This document shows, piece after piece, positions 12,270 to 25,293 of a stretch of DNA of 64,000 nucleotides. The position numbers and the translations under genes are program-made. The stretch spans positions 36,152,401-36,216,400 of the forward strand of contig CM120641.1 in the NCBI GenBank assembly GCA_051362555.1, written 5' to 3'. A model generated the notes under the pieces. The model ran no database searches, was not told where the DNA came from, and worked only from the letters and a program-made list of their open reading frames with translations. Origin of the DNA: Lingula anatina (lineage: Eukaryota > Animalia > Brachiopoda). Positions within the stretch are counted from its first letter, which is position 1. Every line of letters begins with the position of its first letter.

Positions 12270-15200
12270 ATGTCTGAATCTCGAAGAAAATTTAAAATAC
12301 CCTCTCTGAATGAATTAGAAGGCACAGGCGCTCAAAAATTTGAGGTATGGAACTTTGATTAGCCGTTTAAAGTTCAATGATATCTACATCGTTTACCAGT
12401 AATCGGTCACATGAACTGTTCATGAGAATGAAGTTTCCACTAAAACTCCTTTTTCCATTTTACTAATGCTTCTCTCGTTGAAATGGGAAACAACTCCACA
12501 TATTGTAATTTAAATACTGAAACATTTAGGTTGCCTTTAAATTTAGGTGGTGGGGGTGGGGGTATTCCACAAATAATCAAATTTTTTTTATCTTTCAAAA
12601 TTTTTCACAACAAGGTAAATAATAATAATAATAATTTATTGAGCATTAAAATATGTACAGTTACATTTTACAAGCTATCTAAACTACAATATTACATAAA
12701 TTGTGCACATAAGCTTAAATAAGTATAACTACTTTAGATCATTCTAATACCAAAATACATATAAGCTAACTACTTCATACATATAGCTCACAATTGTAAG
12801 ACACAATATAATAATACTGGATATAGTATTTTGTATAATATGCATTTGCTACTTAGGCATAACTAGGCATAAATAAGAAGTTATAAGGTTACAGGCACGT
12901 CAAGTCAAATCTTTTTGCATCTTTGATTGACTCTCTTCAAGTTAAAACTTTGGTTACAATGTTTTTTCCTTTTAGCCTGGATCTTTATTTAAAAATGAAA
13001 AAGTCCAGAAGTCCAAGAGTGACACAGGAGAGAACAGTTCAAGTGCTAGTGCCAGTACTTCTGCAGGTGCATCCCCAAAGAAAGCAAAATTTATGACGGC
13101 TGCATCACGAAATACACACAAACCTCTTCTCCCAGCCCAGAGCTCTAGTAGGGCTGGGGTCAAAGTGCCAAATGAACCGAGGACAGAAAAGAAATCAACA
13201 ACCTCAGCGTCTAGCAGAACCCATGTGCCTCTTTTGCCTGCAGTGTCTTCAAGGACTGCTGATGTTGGAAAGGCATCGAAGGCTACGAGTCATAATGTAC
13301 AAAAACTCCCAGTATCAAAACCTGTTAAGATCTACACTAGGATCAGTGACAATGCTGCAGCTCAGAATAATTTAGAAGGACCTGGGAATGCAACCACATC
13401 AACTGTTGGGTAACTTTGCAAAACTTGCTCTTTGACCTTATTTTGATTTATGATTTCTTTATGTTGGATGGAATTCTTTGGTATTTTTTTTACGTTCTAT
13501 ATATACAAACCTAGAAACATATACATTGTACATGTATGTACACATAAATGTTTCAATCCCCACTGAACATTGCTGTGGATAATCAAGTTGTTGTGCCCAT
13601 ATGTTTCCAGATCTGCAGAAGACACTGTAGAGGGAGCAGTGAAAAAAGCCAAGGCCAATTGTCTGCTTGTTAACCCTAGACAGGTAATTTTCTTCTTTTT
13701 GATGAGAATCAAAATGTATTGAACAGACAGGCTAAGTTAAAGACAGTCTCAGCAAGTTAAACCCTTAAAATAGCACGAAAATGAATTTTCCTGGAAATCT
13801 CACCAATTTCCCCATAATGACCAAGGTATATCCTATCCAAAACCGTTGAGAAAATGAACCTACCTAATACCGTTTTTAAGTTCCATTAAATAATAAAAGA
13901 CGACTCGTCTTAAATACTCAGCTACCACCTCACAGTACGGCTTCAGAACGCGCAATTTCTCGCTAAGTCTCGCGGTTTACTATGAATGAAGTACTACGGC
14001 TGAGACCCGGATGTTACTATTTGGCGCCAAAACAGCAACCATGGCTCAGACGCGCGTCAAGTCTGAAGAGGAGAGCAACAAAAGGGGACGAAAGAAAATA
14101 GCCACTCCAGTTCGAAAGATACGAAAGAAAATTAGAGACAGACGAAGAGGCACTCAGACTGTGTTTGTTGGGAGGGAGGTGGGGCGGTGGAGGACACTTA
14201 AAGCTGAGTTAGGACTCACATACGAGGCAATGGCGAAACAACTCCTCGACACGTGAGTATGCGCTTCACAGGTCTCAAGTGTGTCTGATTATCATATTAT
14301 CCTGTTCACAATAAATGACAATATTTGTGCTCATACAAAGTTGGTTACGTGTATAAGAGCGTTTTGGGCTTTACGTTGTCTATTTTTGATCGGTACATGT
14401 ACCGGAAAGATGGACAGGCGGCACTTACATGTCTGACAAGTTTCGCTGTGTAGTCGTGACGTCTATCTCATTCTGACTGAAGCCTGCTGTGATTGGTCGT
14501 AAGCGTGGGAAAATCGAGGTCGTGACCTTGAGCCGGAAGTACTTCTGGCTGTGCTCCGAAATCATGATAAATAGTTTTCGTTTTCTAATTCTTTATTCTA
14601 GTTGTCTTAACAGGACTTTTGTGACCCAGACTTATTAATATAATAATAAACAATCTCACAAAACACAAATCTGATCAAAGCTTTACATAGAACCTGCTTC
14701 TATACATTAATCTAACCCACTGAGACTGTCTTTAAGAAAGAAAATGAGTGTGTTGTAGGTGTTTAAGGGAAATTAAAATATTTTCTGCTTTCATGCTGAG
14801 AAGTAATTATAATGTTTGCATGCATGCTTTATTTCTACACAAGTGAAGCAGATTTATTGTGCTCTTATCCTCCATGTCATTTTCTCTTTGTTGACTTTCA
14901 GCGAGGAAATCCAATTTTAAAATTTGTCAGAAATGTGCCCTGGGAGTTTGATGGTGATCTCATAGCTGATTACAAGATGGGTCAGACCACCTGTGCCTTG
15001 TATTTAAGGTAGGGTGCTGCAGACAAGGTGTAAATTCACCAAGGCTGGTTTATCACCACTGACTGAGGGAACATATTGAAAGAGTAGGTCATGCCTGACA
15101 AGATTTTCTGTTTATCTGTCACCTGTCAGAACAAATGTCAGTCAGTAAGTTTTCTCAATATTTGGGTGTAGCAAGTCTAGATTTCTGTGATGTGAAAACA

Positions 15201-17154
15201 ATGCATCTGATATTGATTTTAGAGTACATAATGACACTCAACAGTCATGAATGGTGTACAAAAATGTGGTTGTGGGGAATAAGAAAAAGTTTTCTTTAAG
15301 TTGTGATTTAGCTTTTTATGCCAAGAAAACAAAGAGTTGAATATTTTAGAGTATAGATAGTGTAGGTTTATATATCTATTTACAGTTTGAAATACCATAA
15401 TTTGAATCCAGATTACATTCATGAGAGGTTAAAACAGCTTGGGAAACAGTATGAGCTAAGAGTTCTGTTGACCCAGGTTGATGTGGTAAGTTAAATACAA
15501 TCATTTGTACATCATGTTCAAATCTTTACCTTCAGCTTAATAACATGGGTCAGATGAAAAGAATGTGGAAAAAGTGATGAGATTTGACATATATCATTTA
15601 CAAATAAGAGAAAATAACTTGTGTTTGATGGGAATGCAGAAAGGGGCCATGACATTTGGCTCATCTCTTATAAATGCTAACGTTCAGTTTTTAGTTGGAC
15701 CTAATTTCAAACTCGACATTTGTTTAAAGCTAACAAATTTGAAAGCATTTTCTATTTATTTTAAAGTAGCTTTTCTTTGACATCCCTGTTATTTATTGTC
15801 TTACAGAAAGATCCTCATCATTCATTGAAAGAACTTGCCAAGATCTGTTTGATGGCTAATTGCACTCTTCTTGTGGCCTTCAGGTAAGATCTGCCTATAA
15901 TTGGTGATGATAAATTTTCATTGAAATTCGTGAAGGGTGAAGACAGATGTTGGATTACCTGAATGTTATCCCATATTTTATGTTTATATTTGTCATATTT
16001 ATTTGTCCACTGTATATGTTATGTACTGTGAGATGTGTGGACAAAGTTTGAATTTTTCATTCTCTTAGCCCAGAGGAAGCTGGTAGATATCTAGAGACAT
16101 ACAAAGCATATGAATTAAAGCCTCCAGATGCAATAATGGAAAAGACAGAAGGGGATTACATGTCTAGGGTAGGTACAAGTTCTTTCTCAGGCTTAGACTT
16201 GTTCATCTGTGTGTAATTTTGTTTTTCTCCAGACGTTAGATATTTCTTATAATTCTGACATACTGATTTATGTTGCTATTCATATTTTAAATGCATGTCT
16301 TTTAAATTACAAACTTACTGATTTCACTCTAAAGAATATAAATAAGTATGTCCTGTAAACCATTACTTGCTTCTTGACTCTTTAGAAAATATTCAAGTTA
16401 TTTCTCGCTGGTTGTCTGATTTATCCCATATTTTGTGAAACGGCTGTTTGATGTTTGTTTGACTGCTGGTATGTATACTTTTCACCTTTGTTTCAGCTAA
16501 CTGATTGTTTGACAACAGTGAAGTCTGTCAATAAGACAGATGCAATGACACTGATTTCCAATTTTGGGGTACGTAGCTAAATTTAAGTTTCCATTGCTTT
16601 GAAATTGGTTTTCTTTATAGTATGTTCAGTGTTGTCCTAAGATTGTTTAATTTCAAAGTATAAGTCAAGTGTTAGAGCACATGGAGGTAATTTGACAATT
16701 TGTTTTCTTGGTAACAATATAACATATAGATGGCATATGTTCTTTCAGTCTATTGAAAATATCATCAACACATCAGAAGAAGAGTTGTCTTTTTGCCCGG
16801 GATTAGGGCCACAGAAGGTCTGTGTAGCTCTGATATATCAGTTACTGCCAGACATAAACATGTTTTGAGAATCCTTTTCATATTCCTAGCTAGTGCTTGG
16901 TTTTAATTTATTTTAAAGCTTGAATTTATATTGTTTTACATACATTTGTTTTTTGTGTATTAAGGAAATAACATAGTATTCATTGAAAGGATAGAAATTA
17001 GAATGCAATTGTAGGTACAAAATCTTTCCCTTTTTATGTCTTAAAGCATATCTCTTTATTGCAGGCACAGAGGTTGCATGCACTTTTTCATGAACCATTT
17101 TTGAAGAGCAAGAAAAGAAAACTCACCCAGGACAAAAATGACCCCAACACGTGA
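12270..17154 (+). CDS. ERCC1: DNA excision repair protein ERCC1, 10 exons (12270-12344, 12976-13409, 13611-13683, 14902-15008, 15386-15485, 15807-15883, 16069-16168, 16497-16568, 16749-16817, 17065-17154)
   Basis: Spliced translation LLVNPRQ|[16 protein letters not shown]...CALYLS|[19 protein letters not shown]...|[14 protein letters not shown]...|[15 protein letters not shown]...|[15 protein letters not shown]...|CPGLGPQK|[14 protein letters not shown] matches the ERCC1 central and HhH domains. All introns GT-AG and in phase. The first two exons are less conserved. Confidence 0.95.
13741..14731. mobile_element. Non-autonomous Kolobok-type element in ERCC1 intron 3
   Basis: TTAA on both sides (13737-13740, 14732-14735) and perfect 12-bp TIR AGACAGTCTCAG/CTGAGACTGTCT. 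TTAA with purine-purine termini fits Kolobok rather than piggyBac. Confidence 0.8.
14041..14252 (+). CDS. Basic first exon of a transposon-encoded protein inside the Kolobok-type element
   Basis: [19 protein letters not shown]...[30 protein letters not shown] followed by a strong GTGAGT donor. No downstream exon recognised within the element. Confidence 0.5.
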
Positions 17155-17939
17155 CCTTGAATACTATATCACAGAAAAGCTATATGGTGCCGGGAGGAAG
17201 AAGATATTGTAAATTGCATGTTTCTTTTATGCATCACTTTTATGCCATATGTACATCAAACAGTTTATTTATGTCTGATACCAAAATGTTCTTACAGTAG
17301 GAAAACAATGAAGGTTTCTTTGCAAGTGCATACCTTTTGAAATGTTGAAGATTTTCTTGACTGACTATTAAAATGCAACATGTAGTTACTTGAGTTGATG
17401 ATTATAGGATAATTTGTGAGTAGTTGAAGTTGAAAGTGCTATCTCTTGCCAATTATTATTATTATTATTATTATTATATGTTACAAACAAGCTAAGTACA
17501 TGAATATTGTGAAATGTAATGAGTCTTTTTACCTCTTATGCCTCTGTGAGAGAAAGGTTACTTTAATGAGAAAATTCTGATTGGTTAGTTTCTGGTGGAG
17601 TAGTTTGATAAGACCAACTCCTTGTGATTGCTATGTTGTATTGATAATATGTGGACAGTTGACCAATAAGGGAGGTGACAAAAACAAAAATTGTGTGCAG
17701 TAAAAATGGATAAAATAAGAAAAAAGACCTCTACTCTACTTTGTCAGTTACTTAAGCCTACCTTAGGAACAACAAAACCTCAAATTTGGATCAATGCTTT
17801 GATGTTTAAGAAAGGTTTGGGTTGTGCCTACTTTCGATGACACTTTTATTTCCAATAAGCATTGCAAATGCTGCACACTGGTGCTGGGCTATCTGGCACC
17901 CTTGGAGCCTTTTATGATGCTCTGTATACAAAGTTGCAT

Positions 17940-18470
17940 CAAAGTCATCATGAATTTCACTATTTGCAATGTAGATGTTTCCTGAACCACATAAGTTGGC
18001 AACTGTGGTACCATCCCATTCAACTCCTGTTGGTACCTTGTTTCTGTTTCTGTTTTGATGACCTGTTTCTGTCAGCTTTGACACAGAAATACCTGAAATT
18101 CATTCAAATATATGAGAATCTAAAAATATAAAATGCAATGCAGGGAAGATGAATAGGAAGCCTTTAGCTCCCCATGCTCTTAATTGGCAGGTTTTATTAT
18201 TTCCCTAAAATTGCAAAGCTTTGTTCATTTAAGCAATTCTTGGCTACTTTAATGATATTCAAAACAACATGGTTCTTATCTCGGCTTTTGCAGGTGTTGC
18301 AACTTATCATCGAAGGTTTCCTCAATGAGTTTCTCCAAATCATAGGCAGAGTCTGTTCAAGGGAATGTCACGCAATTTGCCATTCTTCCATGGGCATAAA
18401 GATCACTTTTGTTTATGCCATCCCTTTGTTCAACAGTATGACATTCTTTGTCACCATTTTAACTAAATAG
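17940..18470 (-). pseudogene. Decayed exons of an uncharacterised, probably transposon-associated protein
   Basis: Broken reading VTKNVILL / KSDLYAHGRMANCVTFP*TDSAYDLEKLIEETFDDKLQHLQKPR and VPTGVEWDGTTVANLCGSGNIYIA, with stops and frameshifts. Confidence 0.35.
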
Positions 18471-18799
18471 AAAAATTTGTCAGGCAGGCATTAATATCAT
18501 GTTGTTTTTGTTGTGCCTTCTTTATACTCTCCATGGTGTTATCTTTCCAGGTATGTATTATTTTCAAATGAATGCCAAGAAATTTAAACCCCTCCACCAA
18601 TCTTACTTCGTCATTATCAGTGCTATGCGGTGCCTTTACAGTCCGATTTAAAGACAGTACTAGTGCTTATCACATCAGAGTACTGTGAGTTAATATGTTA
18701 TCAATTACTTGTTTTTGTCATTCACATTCTTGTACTGCATCCTCAACTTCTTGATCTTGTTCTACATGCCTCCCCAGTCCGTTCAACCCCCCCCCCCCC

Positions 18800-18995
18800 T
18801 CGTGGCTCAACTTGTCAGCAATTCCCCAGAAAACATGTGTTTCTCTGTCTCCCTCCTCCTAGCTGCTGTTGGATACCCTCCTTCCCCCAGATCTCTAACA
18901 GATTGACCACTTCTTCCCTAGCCCACTTGTCAGATCTTGCTGGAATCTTCTTAACTATGTCTATGTCACCTGGTGTCCTCCCCAGATGTGTCCTT
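18800..18995 (-). pseudogene. Myb/SANT-like (trihelix) DNA-binding domain relic
   Basis: Minus-strand reading SDKWAREEVVNLLEIWGKEGIQQQLGGGRQRN resembles the W..EE...LL.IW trihelix motif; frameshifted afterwards. Confidence 0.6.
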
Positions 18996-19101
18996 CCTTT
19001 AAAAATGCAAAAGCTTCAGTTTAATAATTAAAAAAAACAAAACCTTCATTTAGAAAGCAAAATTGTGTCACAGCTTGGTTTGATCTTTACAGTGTTTTTA
19101 A

Positions 19102-22100
19102 CCCTTTCACTGCCAGAACGCCAATTGCCTATATATATACCGTATTGCCAGGAAATTTCCAATAAATTACAGTATGATTATTCCTGCTACTCTATTATCC
19201 GTAATTTATACAAAAACCATATAAAACCTATACTTTTCTGAAAGATAATTGAACTGCCAAACTTCCTGTTACTTTTATTATATTATTATCATACTTTTGA
19301 ATACCATTGTACATGATAAATGAACAAAATATTTAGGATAATCAGGAAAATGAGTGACAAGAGTACTTTCAGCAATGTTTATATGCTTATAAACTTCTTA
19401 AAACTAGTGATTTCCCTTACAGTTTTCTGTTGTTTTTAGTAATGTATTTAGCCTTATATATAAACTCCTGAACATTTTATTTAACACAATTCGATAGTTC
19501 AGAATACATTTATCTATGTTGGTCACTTGGTGTAGTTCAGAATACATTTAGCTATCTTGGGCACTCGGTGTACTTTCTAACTGTGTGATATATTTCGAAG
19601 CACGGCCACACACACAAAGATGGCTTACTGGGGCACTGTTCACACATATAACATGTTTCCTTTCGTTTTCCTCTCGAGGTACACACTTTGCACTTCCTTG
19701 AAGTAGAATGGGACTTTCCAGTCTGTGGAATTTTATGTGGAAAATGCCTCTCTTTCAACCTAACCAGATCCTCATGTTGCAGCTGCCTCATTGTTGGAGC
19801 TCTTACACTTTTACCAAACAGCAGATCTGTAATAACACTCTGTTGAAAAGTAAAGAAATCCAGCTTTTTCACACCAGGAGTCTTGTTGTACACAATGTAA
19901 GAGTTCAACAAGGATATCTGTAGAAGATGCAGAAGGACCTTTTTGTACCACCGCCGTGTTTTTCTTGTGGCATCATAAGGCTGAAGCATCTGGTCTGCTC
20001 GATCGACAGCACCCATGTTTGAATTGTATGAAACATCACAACTCGGTTTCTCAACTTGTTCATTTTGGCCCCTTCTGTGAACCATACGTGTACTTTCATC
20101 ATGTATTGTCGAAACCATATACACAATTTTGCTTGACTTCCATTTCACATACAAGACTGGTCCCGACCGAAGTGCTTTCATGCCACAACCTATAAAAAAA
20201 TAAAATATATTGTTCTATTACTTGTATCATTTAAAAATATGTTTATACATGATTATTATCAGAATTTGCAAGCAGTTAGTATCTACAATCATGTCAGCAT
20301 AATTCTATTGTATTACAAAAATTGAAATGTACTGACTATCACACACATAAACTGTGAAGACAGAAAATGACCTGTCAAGTGGAAATAGACACAGTTAGCT
20401 GAGTCATTATACTAATACATGCAAATCTATTACATAAAACATGTCCAAGTACATTGTTTTGTAATACAAAGCATTGCATCTTGATTTACCATTTTCAAAC
20501 TGTAACTCCCTGACTGGCTTTGGACATCTGTTTTCCCTGATAGTTCCACAGCAGACGGTTTGCCTTTCTTTCATATACAAGTACAGGTGATGTCCCGAGT
20601 ACCAGTTATCCATGTACAGATGGTACCCTTTATCAAGTAGTGGTAGGGTCATAAACACAACTACCTTCTCTGTCATTGTAAGATGTTTGGCATCATCAGG
20701 TATAGATGTTTCATTCATGTAGGTAGGGTCTTCTTTTCCGGCATAAATATGAAATCTGTATGTGTAACCAGAACTCTCACACACATTGTAAATTTTTATT
20801 CCAAATCTTGCTCGTTTTAGTGGAATATATTGTTTGAAAACGAGCTGTCCTTTCCAGAGAAGAAGTAATTCATCTATCGCAACATCTTTCTCGGGTGTGT
20901 ACACTGATTCAAATTTTCCTTGAAAATGTTCAATGGCGGGACGCAGCTTATACAGTCTGTCTCTGTTTGGAGCATCACGTTGTGGTTCATTGTTATTGTC
21001 ATTTATATGCCAAAAGCAGAGTATTTCCTGGAATCTGTTACGTGGCATCACATAAGAAAACATTGGTGAGTTTATAATTGGATTCGTGGCCCAGTAGGAT
21101 TCAATAGTTGGTTTGTCAACAAGCCCGGTCAACAATTGCAACCCTATAAACTGTTTCATTGTATCTTTTTCTACATCTGACCATGACCTTAGCCGGCTAT
21201 ATTTCTTCAGAGGCCCTCTACTTTCAGCTTGTCTTATTGTTTGTGCTGCATATCTGTTGCTTTCTACCACCATGAGATCTAAAAATTCATCAGTCACATA
21301 CAAACGGTAAAAGTCAATTGGCCGATCACCTTCAGGTACAACTTCAATGCCTGGCGTGGCAGTAAATGTAGGAATTTCAGGCTGCTGTTTATCAGGGATA
21401 TAAAAGGAACTTTCATCAATATTTCTAATTCCACCAGTTACTCTTGTTTGCCCCCTTCCACGTGTCCCACTTCCTCGTCCCCCTCGTTCTGATTGTACAC
21501 CTCTTCTAACAGCTGTTCTGCCACGACCACGCCCCCTTGGAACACTAGCGGGTGCGGCAATAATTTCTGCACTGTTATCACTGTCATCGTTATCAATGTC
21601 CGATCTGCTAACAGAATAATCACTATCAGAGTCTGATACTTCATCACGTTCATGTCTGGTATCTAAGTCAGCCCTATCTTCAGAGTCTGTGTTATTTAGC
21701 AATGAGGAAATGTCAACATCACCTGTACGAACTATTTGCGAGTCGTTATCTGAGTCATTATCTAAGGAATCCTCGCTTTCAATATCATTACATAAATAAC
21801 CCGATGAATCACTATCTAACATGTGTAAAACTTCGTCTAACGAGTGATGTTTACGCTTTCTATTATTACTTTTATCTCCACTTGGGCCAGGAACGTTTTC
21901 ACTTTCCGCCATCTTGAATCACGCGGTGGAAAATTCCTTCACCTTACCTCAAATCGAGACTCTTCATACATGCCAACAATATGTAATGACTATTATTAGA
22001 TTCGAAAACAATTACCCAAACTTCATTGGTCAAGAATGAGGTGTCTGTTAAATGACGTATTGGAAAATCTGTCAAAAGAATGCTGGGAAATTCCCATGAT

Positions 22101-22177
22101 GGGTAAACCCGTCTTGTAGGCAAGTATACCGATCGACAGAATGGACGGGTTAACCCGTCTCATAGGCAGTAAAAGGG
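19102..22177 (-). mobile_element. Full-length piggyBac transposon (3076 bp)
   Basis: TTAA TSD at 19098-19101 and 22178-22181. 13-bp TIRs CCCTTTCACTGCC / GGCAGTAAAAGGG with one mismatch. Encloses the transposase gene. Confidence 0.95.
19552..21912 (-). CDS. piggyBac transposase (PGBD4-like), 2 exons 21912-20490 and 20189-19552, 686 aa
   Basis: Acidic N-terminus, catalytic motifs AIDE, YMDNWY and GAVDRADQ, and a C-terminal Cys-rich domain (CKVC...CEQC...C..C...H). A phase-1 GT-AG intron joins the ORFs in frame (FENG|CGMKALR): 1423+638=2061 nt. Confidence 0.92.
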
Positions 22178-22669
22178 TTAATATTGAACAAAAGCCTCTC
22201 AAATTGCCTTTGCATCAAACTGCTTCAAGTCTTACCCTGGGTGATATCCACCATGGGCTCTATGATGGGTTAAATAATCTGGCAATTTTCACAAATGACA
22301 AATACCATTGCTCTGGTATGGGATGTTTACTGCAGTGACACTGGCAGCTGTAAAGCTAGAAGATGAACAAAGCATCACAACATACCTGCATCAGAACCTC
22401 CGGACTCCACCAGACGTCTTGTCATTTGAATGTGGCAATTGCCCAATATGGCCTCTAACTGCTCATAAGAAACAAAAGTCCTTGGGGCTGCTCCACTCTG
22501 GCTGAAATTAAGAAAGTAAAAATTACCTTAAAGTAATTATGAATATGAAATCTGTATGGAAGGCCTTCTTCATTAATCTAGAACTAGGCCAATAGTATAC
22601 GGCAATGACACCGGCGACATACAGCTGCGAGACCCAAATACCCGACCAAATCCACCGTGACCCAAAACA

Positions 22670-23190
22670 AATTCCATTTAATACACAATGTGAGTGCAAC
22701 AGATTTAAATGTTACTTGCGACTTATTTGTTCTGATCTTTTGATTTTTTGTAAAGAGCCTTCAGCCTGTTCTCTTATGTGCCTCTGTTTCCCATCTTCCA
22801 ACTGATGCTGAACATCTGCCTCCTCCCAAATGTTCAGCAAAGCTACAGTTTCTTGGCGACTCCAGTTGTCTGACCGCTGGGTAAATTCCATTTAATACAC
22901 AATGTGAGTGCAACTCACTTAAACGTTACTTGCGACTTACTTGTTTTGATCTTTTGATTTTTTGTAAAGAGCCTTCAGCCTCTTCACTTTGGCAAAGCAC
23001 TCTCGATTCCATGGTTAAGCTGTAACCTGTCTGCAATCCTTTGATACACATGGATGTGCCTCTGTTTCCCATCTTCCAACTGATGCTGAACATTTGCCTC
23101 CTCCCAAATGTTCAGCAAAGCTACAGTTTCTTGGCGACTCCGGTTGTCTGACCATAGTCCACCCTGTGATTCAAGATCCTCCATTTTCCT
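22670..23190 (-). pseudogene. Tandemly duplicated Myb/SANT-like (trihelix) domain relics, Harbinger-accessory type
   Basis: ORF 22984..23184 reads SRQETVALLNIWEEANVQHQLEDGKQRHIHVYQRIADRL. A second, internally deleted copy lies at about 22670-22880 with near-identical DNA. Confidence 0.7.
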
Positions 23191-23539
23191 TCACATCCAC
23201 TGAAGCAACCCTCGATACACTTTCTCCCTCTGGAGTGGCAGTAATTGAAATGTCTCTGCATCTTAGACAAAACTCCGTAATCTGAATATGTTTTTAGAAG
23301 CCATGGCTTAAGTGGATATGCTGGATCCCCAAAACTGCAGACTCTTCTTCCTAAGAATTGCCATCTTCACTGCCTGTGATGTTCATTGTCTCATATTCTT
23401 TCTTATTGCCTTTATTTTAAGCATATTTTTAATCAAATTTTAATTGTTCAAATGTTGTTAGGGATGATTTAAAAGACCTAACAGATTCTTATTATGCTGA
23501 CCAGATGATTTCTTCATCCTAATTATACAAAACTCAGTC

Positions 23540-23720
23540 TATTTGTCATCAGGTACCCATCTTTCTTTTATGGTCCTCATAGCACCAAGGTTTCTAAAAT
23601 TGGGTGGTCACAAAACCTTGTGGTCCACAACCCAGTTGGCAGGGATCACCTTCTCGACCTCTTCACCAATCTCCTCCCATATAACTCTACTCCACATTTG
23701 TAATATACAGATATCAGGTT
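23540..23720 (-). pseudogene. Relic of a transposon-associated protein N-terminal domain
   Basis: Minus reading MWSRVIWEEIGEEVEKVIPANWVVDHKVL*PPNF resembles the V.P..W.....WP pattern of DUF4806-type TE accessory proteins, with a stop at the second W. Confidence 0.35.
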
Positions 23721-25293
23721 CTTCTGCATGCTTACCATTATACTCGTTATTGAAGGGACCTGAGTGTTTTGACCTTGATCTGTTTGCATTGGTCTCCTCT
23801 CTGGGAGACCTGGAGGTTCTATATTCATCCTGAGCTTTTTTCAGTTCTCAGAGAAGAGTAAAATAAGGTATTATAGAACCTAGGCCATGAGTTTTTAGTC
23901 TTCTAACCAGTGAGTGACTTGTTTCTCCAGTGGCATCTATATTTATTCCTTATGCAAATAAGTAGAAAAATAAATGAAAAGAGACATTTTTTACTATGTT
24001 TGATAATTAGGTCATTGACATAGTGGCGGTAGGGAGTCACCCAGACGACCCGTTATGCATACGTAGATCGCGAACTGCGTTTATGTACGAATGGGGCACA
24101 GCTGGAAATGACGTAATTATTAAAGGTGGCTGAAAATAGCGCCGCTAAGGACTAGATTTGAACTAGCGGAAAAAACTTTTTGAAGACAGACTAAGCGGAA
24201 AGGAGGAAAAAGGACTTAGAAAAGAAGCTGACGGGGAGGGAGGAGGTGAACAAAATAAAGTGAGAGACTTACCGATCTGCTACTTTTGCTGTACACAAAC
24301 ACTGTCATCTATTGCTGTACACAAACACTGTCATCTACTGCAAGTCTCTATAAAGTTGACCGCTCGTGCCAGAGGCTGGATATGATCTGACCGCTACTGC
24401 TAAGATCTTCAACGCGCACATGTGGGTCACATGTCAATTAGAAAGCGTAACGATTGGTCAAGATGATGTGAGAAGTGCGGTAGAGGCACAAGTGGCTGTA
24501 AGAAGTGCGGTAGAGGCACAAGTGGCTGTATAACGGCGCCAGGGCGACTCCCTACTTATTATGTAACGTCATAAATGGGATTGCGTCTAAGGCCGCAATC
24601 TTGTATTTATTCCTTATGCAAATAAGTAGAAAAATAAATGAAAAGAGACATTTTTTGCTATGTTTGATAATTAGGTCATTGACATAATGGCGGTAGGGAG
24701 TCACCCAGACAACCCGTTATGCATACATAGATCGCGAACTGCGTTTATGTACGAATGGGGCACAGCTGGAAATGACGTAATTATTAAAGGTGGCTGAAAA
24801 TAGCGCCATGAAAACGCCAGGACATGTGTAGCATGTACCTAGGGTTTTTCCGCCACCCAAAAAATGTAAATAAAGAAGAAACACCTATAATGAGATATGA
24901 ACAATTTAATTATTAAACATTGATGCGTATATGCTTTAAGTACCTGGAACTGTGTTGTAAAGTCCTTTGGTAAAAATTTTTTGTGTTTCAGTCCTTTGAG
25001 CTCTATAACAATATAAAAAAATTGTTGTAAAACTATGCTGTCTTTAAAATGCTTACACCACTGCAATCAGTGGATGGGAAGTGTCAAGTCAATGCTCCTA
25101 AAGACGTATGTATATCTTTGACGTAACTGGAGCGTCGTCGCCCCGAAGGGTCAGTTGGTCGTACATACCCTTGCATTTCAGTATATGAGCTCTATAACGA
25201 AATAAACGTATAAAATTGTTGTAAAGTAAGCTATCACTTATAAATACATAAATCCCTTGTAATCGGTGAAAGAAAAGAGTCTAGTCAATTATT

